This document shows positions 58,501 to 64,000 of a DNA stretch of 64,000 nt, piece after piece (position 1 is the stretch's first letter; each line of letters begins with the position of its first letter). The stretch is taken from the NCBI GenBank assembly GCA_963827685.1, contig CAWHBU010000002.1, positions 160,001-224,000 of the forward strand, given 5' to 3'. Source of the stretch: an uncultured delta proteobacterium. Lineage in GTDB: Bacteria > Desulfobacterota > BSN033 > UBA1163. The notes below the pieces were generated by a model. It saw nothing but the letters and a program-made list of their open reading frames with translations. It was not told the origin of the DNA and searched no databases. The translations under genes were made by a program, and so were the position numbers.

Positions 58501-61500
58501 GCTACTCTGGCTGTTCTCCGGTCCTCCACCGATCGTTATAGAGTTCTGCCCCGTATGGAATTCTGTATCGGTTACGGATCCTTGCACGGCACCAAGCTCA
58601 AACCATGGAGTGGGAGGTGAAGCGTTAACTGTATAACTGTCAAAGTTGTCCGAGAATGGAAGTGTGACAGCCTGAATGACCTTGAATGCGGTGCTCGCTA
58701 CTGTTTTTGCTTGTGTTATGGTGACTGAGGACACCTGAAGGATCACCAGATAGGTTCGGGGCGGGAGGCCTGAGGTTGAAGCAGTAAAGTTGCCTGTGAA
58801 GGTTGTGCCCATGGGAAGGTTGACGGTGCTTTCAAGTGTATTCTTAACCTCCTGGGTATCTGGATTTACAATTAGAACCTTCGCCGTAAGACCTGAAATG
58901 TCCTCGTTGCCTTTGTTGGTGACGCTGTAGCTTAAGATCTCGTCCTGACCTTGATAAAGTAAATTGGGTTGAGCTGTAATCGTCCCCAGAATGCCCTCGC
59001 TTGTCTGAGACGAGCCAAGGATTTCGAAGCTCGCTGTGGATGTGCCAAGGAGGGATGCTCCCTCAAGGACTTCAAGTCCTACCGTATAGGTTCCTCTGGG
59101 ATTGGTTGATGTATTCCAATAGGTTTTCAACTCAACACGCTGACCTTGGGCGAGAAAAGGGATGGTCTTTGTATCTGTGAATAGGGTCGTACCCTGACTA
59201 TTCAGGAGGGTTATTTGGGCAGCAAGGCTGGAGAAGATGTAGTTGGGGCTTGTGCTCTGAATCGTGGAGGTAATGGTCACAGCCTGATTCGAGAGATAAG
59301 ATATCTTGTCCGGAAATACGCTCGAGCCTATCTCTTTTACCGGAGCGATTGTGATGGGCGTTTCTGCCTTGGCAATCACGTTGCTTGCTTCGATGAAATC
59401 GCAGTAAGCTTTGTAATCGCCTGAGAGAGTTTGGGCCGTATTCCACAGGTAGCTGACCGCTCTTTTTTCATTCGGTCCAAGATTAAACCCTTGATCGTTA
59501 GCCACGATAGATACAACGTTTCCATTCAGGTCTAAGATTTTAACTTCCAACGTTCCTGACCGATTCGCATTGAGAACGTTATTAATGTTTACCGTGATCT
59601 GAACATTCTCATTGGCTGTATAAGCGGATTTGTCTGTAAGAATCCCTAAACTCACGCCCGCTTGACCAATCGTGATTAGATTGGATGCGGTGTTGTTGGT
59701 CTCCAGCATCTCATCAATCTTATTATCGGGATCTACGCTGATGAAGAAGTGATGATCCCCTGAAAAACCGACCGTGTCAACGTTAAAGCTCAATGTTGCT
59801 GTTCCGCCGGATGGAATGATCGGCATATTCAAGCTCTTGGTAACGAGCATACCCCCTACTGACGGATCTCCCTCATATAGAGAGACCTCGACATTGCCCA
59901 CTGCAACGCCAAGGTTATGGACAGTGGCGCTGATAACTAAAGGGTCTCCCTCATTCGGGTTCATATTTGAGAAGACAATATCAGAAGATGTTATAGACAA
60001 ATCAGGTTTCGTGGGAGGAGTGACATTAACAGAAATGATTCCAACATTATTATTTTCATTGGTCTCCCTTATTAAATCCTGAGGATCAACAATAACGTGG
60101 ATGTAATGGAGTCCCGATTTCCCCAATGTACTCCACTGAATTTGCGTCTGAGCGCTGCCGTTCACCGGAACACTGGAAATCTTCGCAAGACCGATGAGCA
60201 GACCGCCCTGGGTGGGGTCTCCGTCGTAGAATGAAACATCCACATTCTGTATGTCATTTTCTCCTGAACAATGGACCACAGCAGAAATCGTTACTTGTGC
60301 TCCACCCCACGGGGCCACTGGGTCAATGGTGATATCCGAGGCGCTTATAGAGAGGTCTTGTTCCACGATACGAGCGACAACGGTGAGTGTTTTAGATGCT
60401 TTATTGTTTGTCTTATCCGTCTCAAGAATGGTATTGTCGGGATCGATCACGACATAAATCTCATGCAGGCCCTCCGTAAAGCTGGCTTCGACGGGGAAAT
60501 CCTTGTTTCCTTGCGCCGGCACGTAAGCCATTGTCAGACGTCCTAATTCGGCCCCTCCGGTAGCCGGATCACTATCATAAAAACCTACGGTCACATTTTC
60601 CATATCAATGGTTGTCGGGTTATGCACCTCGGCAGTCATAACGACTTTTTCTCCGACCAAGGGTGAATTTGGAGAAAAGGAAATATCATCGCCTTGGATC
60701 GAAAGATCGCCAATCTCCGGAAGAATGAGCTTCTGACCCGTAGAGGTGCTCCTTCGATTCACCACAATCTTACTGGTAGGGAATACGACCTGAACATCAT
60801 ACTTGTAATTGGAATTGACCCCAAAATGTGCGTCACTTGAGTCCTGGCTCACATAACCCTGTCCTCCGGCCTGAACCTGTCTGAAGCCTTTCAGGTGATC
60901 CCTTTCCCCCAAGTGGCCTTCTTCATAGACGCTGATCTTGCTTCCAATGCCATAGTAGTTGCTCCTTTTGCCTCGGAGCGAGATGAGTAGATAGTTGTTG
61001 TCATTCATCTCATTCTTATAGATGTATTGCCCGCCCACAATATCAATATCACCATCATTATCAATATCACCTAATAATACCGTGTACCATGGAAGGTTTA
61101 ATTTATTGAGAGGAGTAATGTCCGTGAACTGCCGGTTTCCGTCATTTCGGATCAGCACGCCGGTATCGGAATAGAGGATATCGAGGTAGCCGTTATGATC
61201 AAAATCCGCGAGGCTGATGGTATAAACTCCGCTTCTCGGAAGTGCAACGGAATTGGCTAAAGAGAAATTTCCATGGCCATCATTGAAATAAACTCTCCCG
61301 TCAAGGGTGACGATGTCTAGATAACCGTCGTTATCCATATCACCCAAAGCGACGTCCCACGAGGAACTTCCAGGGAGAGCTTGAGACCTTGTGAAATGGC
61401 CAGTGCCATCATTTTTGTAAATGACGGCACTCCCGTTACAAACCACTACGTCGAGATAGCCGTCGCCGTCTAAGTCACCTAACTCCACACTTTCAGTGCC

Positions 61501-62268
61501 CTCTGAAAATCCAGGAATTCTTCTAAACGTCCCGTCTCCGTTATTCAGGTAGATATATTGTTCTCCACCATAGGCTCCTACAAAGAGATCAAGATAGCCG
61601 TCATTGTTAAGATCCCCGAAGACAGCGTTTACTGTGTAAGTGTTAATGCCTTTCAGGCCTGCCTGTTGTGTGATCTCTGTAAAGGTGAGATTCCCGTTGT
61701 TTTTATAGAGTCGATTATCGCCTGTGGTGCTGCACGTAAAGACGTCGAGATATCCGTCGTTATCGATATCCCCGAAGGCGCTGCTGTAGTCGCGTCCAGT
61801 TCTGAAACCTGTCTTACTCGGGTTAAGATCCGTGAAATTCCCATGTCCGTCATTGACCAGAAGGGCCGAACCAGAGGAATCGATAACATCGAGGGCTCCG
61901 TCATTATTAAGGTCTCCCATGGCCCTGTAAGAGTCTTGAATAATCTGATTGACCTGTGTAAATCGGACATTTCTGACGATGGTGACAATCGCTAAGTTGT
62001 TGAACTCGTCCTGCTCTAACAGAACATTGTCCGGATCCGCTTCAATATAGATGAAATCATTTGGGTCGGTCACTACCCAGGTGGTTTGTACCAGAGACTG
62101 TCCTCCAGCTGCGAGGCTTGGGGTATGGAACGTGGCAATGAGGGCTTCCTTGGTATAGATCTTCACATCGGCTCCGTTAGAGATCGGATCTGTCCCCAGA
62201 TTATGAATTTGGGCGCTTATCGTTACTATCTGACCAGCTTTGGCGTCCGCTGGGGAGATGGTCACATC
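55588..62268 (-). pseudogene. 3' part (2225 codons) of a giant CARDB / FG-GAP-ASPIC / lectin-like / InlB-B-repeat surface protein interrupted by an IS
   Basis: CARDB motifs (DP.N.I.E..E.NN.A), GDLNNDG.LD repeats, ASPIC-like HFG motif, tandem repeats. The frame continues in register beyond the IS at 63894-64000. Confidence 0.85.
57402..58040 (-). repeat. Three near-identical 213-bp (71-aa) intragenic tandem repeats
   Basis: GATTGCAAAG anchor at 57418, 57631 and 57844; protein unit TITATAGPNGTITPSG...FTITPSEGYHVVEVTDNG. Confidence 0.9.
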
Positions 62269-62272
62269 TTTA

Positions 62273-63893
62273 CGGGCTGTTGCTCAAAAGCCCAATTCAA
62301 AAATATCTGACAGTTTGAGTTTCCATGAATGATAGCCGAGGGTAAGTAAAACCAAATAGCACCATTCGGCCAATTTTTGAGTTCATTAGCTCCTTAAAAT
62401 CTGAAAAGGACCTTATCTCCCTTGTCACAGCCCCTTTGATCTGCTCCATCATCACCGATGGACTTCTCTTTAGGTAAGATCCGTACCTAAGCAAAACCTC
62501 AATGTTCTGGACAGCAGAGATCAGGTATTCCTGTATCTGCACCCGCCAAAGCCCTCTCCATCGTGCCCGGTCATATCCATACCGCGTCCCTCTGGCATAG
62601 GAACGCTCCATCAAATGCTGCCTCACTTTGATATCCCGCTTCGCTTTGGCCGATCGACTCGCTTCTCGCATCCTGTCTAGATCTTCCTGCCTCAGATGTC
62701 GCTTAATTGTCCGACCTGATCTGTTTCTAGTACACTGCTCTCTTAAGTCACATGCTGCACAAATCTTCTTGGGTGCAGCGTAATCTCTACTTTGCCGACT
62801 CATATGTAATGATCTAGGCTTCAACCGATGCCCAGCCGGACAACGATAGGTGTCACTCTCCCGATCATACTCAAACCGCTCTTCCCCAAAGATATTCTGC
62901 TTTTCTGTACGCTTCAATGAAATTTCCCTCAAGTCCGGCATGTGGGCCTCTACTCCTCTATCATGACAGGCCAAAAAGTTCTCGATCGTCCCGTATTTGC
63001 TGTCGGCCACCACCGTATCCGCATTGATCCCTGTATTTAAACGGTGGCTCTCTATCAGAGGAATCATCTCATGCGCTTCATTGACATCTCCTGTTGTCGT
63101 CTCGATCGCCGTGATCACTTCACTCCGCTCATCCACGGCCCGATGTACCTGATAGGAGAGTTTGGGCTTGCCACGATTCACTATCGATGCATCCGGATCG
63201 GTCGTTGAAATGTATCGGCTGTTCTCTTTAACGTATCTCCTGGAGGAATCCGTGCTCTCGCTCTTTTCCTCTAATCGTGCTTCCAGCTTCTTGTAGCCCT
63301 CCTGGAGTTGAACCTTCAACGATCGCGTGTCGATCACGGAGTTGTTCGATGCATCCGCATCCACCAGGCTCGAATCCACAAAGATCTTTCTGCCGTCCAC
63401 TAACCCCGCCTCCACACATTGCCACACCATTCGCTCAAAGAACCCCCTAAACGCTTCCACTCCCCACCGCGCCCTGGCTTTACTCAAAACACTGTGATCC
63501 GGCACCTCACTGTCTATGTCGTACCCTAAAAACCATAGCCAGTCTAAACGCATGGGGATCGTTTCCATTAACTCTCGTTCCGATCGAACATTGTAAAGAA
63601 CTAACAGCAACATCATCTTCAGGATTACAGGAGGGGGAATGGACACATTCCCGTTGCCCCCATAGGTGTCTCTGACCTCTGCATAGATGAAGTTAAAGTC
63701 AATCTGCTCTTGAATCCTTCTCAGAAGGTGTGTCCGGGGAATCCTTTGTTCCAGGTTCATATGATGATAGAAGATCTTCGGCTGAATTCCTGTCTGTTGA
63801 CCCATCATGGCAATATCTCCATTCCAGATTTGTGCTGCCATGCTTATAGCTCGAATGTATAATCGTTGCAAGCATCATTTGGGCAACAGCCCG
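62273..63893 (-). mobile_element. IS1182-family-like insertion sequence (1621 bp)
   Basis: IRs CGGGCTGTTGCTCAAA / TTTGGGCAACAGCCCG (15/16); TTTA duplication at 62269-62272 and 63894-63897. Confidence 0.92.
62297..63808 (-). CDS. IS1182-family DDE transposase
   Basis: HLLR.I, SIPP..ILKM.LL..LY..RSER.L, PDHS.LS, VDSS.V.A.AS, STTDPDA, VADSKY, Y.CPAG, C..C.LREQC; start MMGQQ after GGAG. Confidence 0.92.
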   Translation of the reverse strand: MMGQQTGIQPKIFYHHMNLEQRIPRTHLLRRIQEQIDFNFIYAEVRDTYGGNGNVSIPPPVILKMMLLLVLYNVRSERELMETIPMRLDWLWFLGYDIDSEVPDHSVLSKARARWGVEAFRGFFERMVWQCVEAGLVDGRKIFVDSSLVDADASNNSVIDTRSLKVQLQEGYKKLEARLEEKSESTDSSRRYVKENSRYISTTDPDASIVNRGKPKLSYQVHRAVDERSEVITAIETTTGDVNEAHEMIPLIESHRLNTGINADTVVADSKYGTIENFLACHDRGVEAHMPDLREISLKRTEKQNIFGEERFEYDRESDTYRCPAGHRLKPRSLHMSRQSRDYAAPKKICAACDLREQCTRNRSGRTIKRHLRQEDLDRMREASRSAKAKRDIKVRQHLMERSYARGTRYGYDRARWRGLWRVQIQEYLISAVQNIEVLLRYGSYLKRSPSVMMEQIKGAVTREIRSFSDFKELMNSKIGRMVLFGFTYPRLSFMETQTVRYF

Positions 63894-64000
63894 TTTATAG
63901 TCCACCTTCACATCAATATTATTAATGGTTGTTGAGATGGCGAGTGGCGCCGATTTTGGGCTCTCGTCTCCGCAATTGCCCGGCGAGTAGCAGGCTATCG
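63894..64000 (-). pseudogene. Upstream part of the IS-interrupted giant surface-protein gene, continuing beyond the window
   Basis: Open frame IACYSPGNCGDESPKSAPLAISTTINNIDVKVDYK joins DVTISPADAK once the IS and one TTTA are removed. Confidence 0.8.

Noticed and set aside
63699-63911. 70-aa ORF MKVDYKRAVAQ...
   Set aside because: It is the interrupted surface-protein frame reading into the IS end, not a separate gene.
1-64000. The many short antisense or overlapping ORFs in the track; tRNA/rRNA genes; sigma54 promoters
   Set aside because: The ORFs are shadows of well-supported genes. No T-loop/cloverleaf or rRNA signature was seen, and the TGGC candidates checked (near 967, 7236, 9898, 32252) lack correct -24/-12 spacing.

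Overview
Bacterial chromosomal window from an anaerobe; the gene content resembles Desulfobacterota/deltaproteobacteria (inference from gene content only). 1-16.6 kb is a visibly AT-richer, co-directional catabolic block: cyclic amidohydrolase, three-subunit xanthine-dehydrogenase-family Mo hydroxylase, MmgE/PrpD protein, FdrA-like mini-protein, DUF2877, a decayed flavoprotein, carbamate kinase, GlcD-like plus GlcF-like proteins, EtfBA and a membrane ETF-linked Fe-S oxidoreductase. It is followed by korDABC, hemW-lepA, a Fic-HTH gene with a triple operator, vapBC, a B12 radical SAM gene, acyl-CoA dehydrogenase and thiolase, ytxH-ytxH-DUF948, and an RNA-modification neighbourhood (mnmG, queG-like, GAF-Fis, miaA, hfq, scpB, rluB). 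The right half holds a fused GlcD-GlcF gene and an opposite-strand satD-DUF3307 pair whose satD gene is bracketed by two identically spaced pairs of CACC-N8-GGTG palindromes. It also holds an Arr/Arx-like Tat molybdoenzyme operon with Asp at the usual Mo-ligand Cys position, and a giant CARDB/FG-GAP surface-protein gene interrupted by an IS1182-like element (16-bp IRs, TTTA duplication). Intergenic DNA is dense in small palindromic elements: 6/7-mer periodic hairpins, CCCTC hairpins, a GTAG REP pair and a 242-bp MITE. No tRNA, rRNA or CRISPR array was seen.
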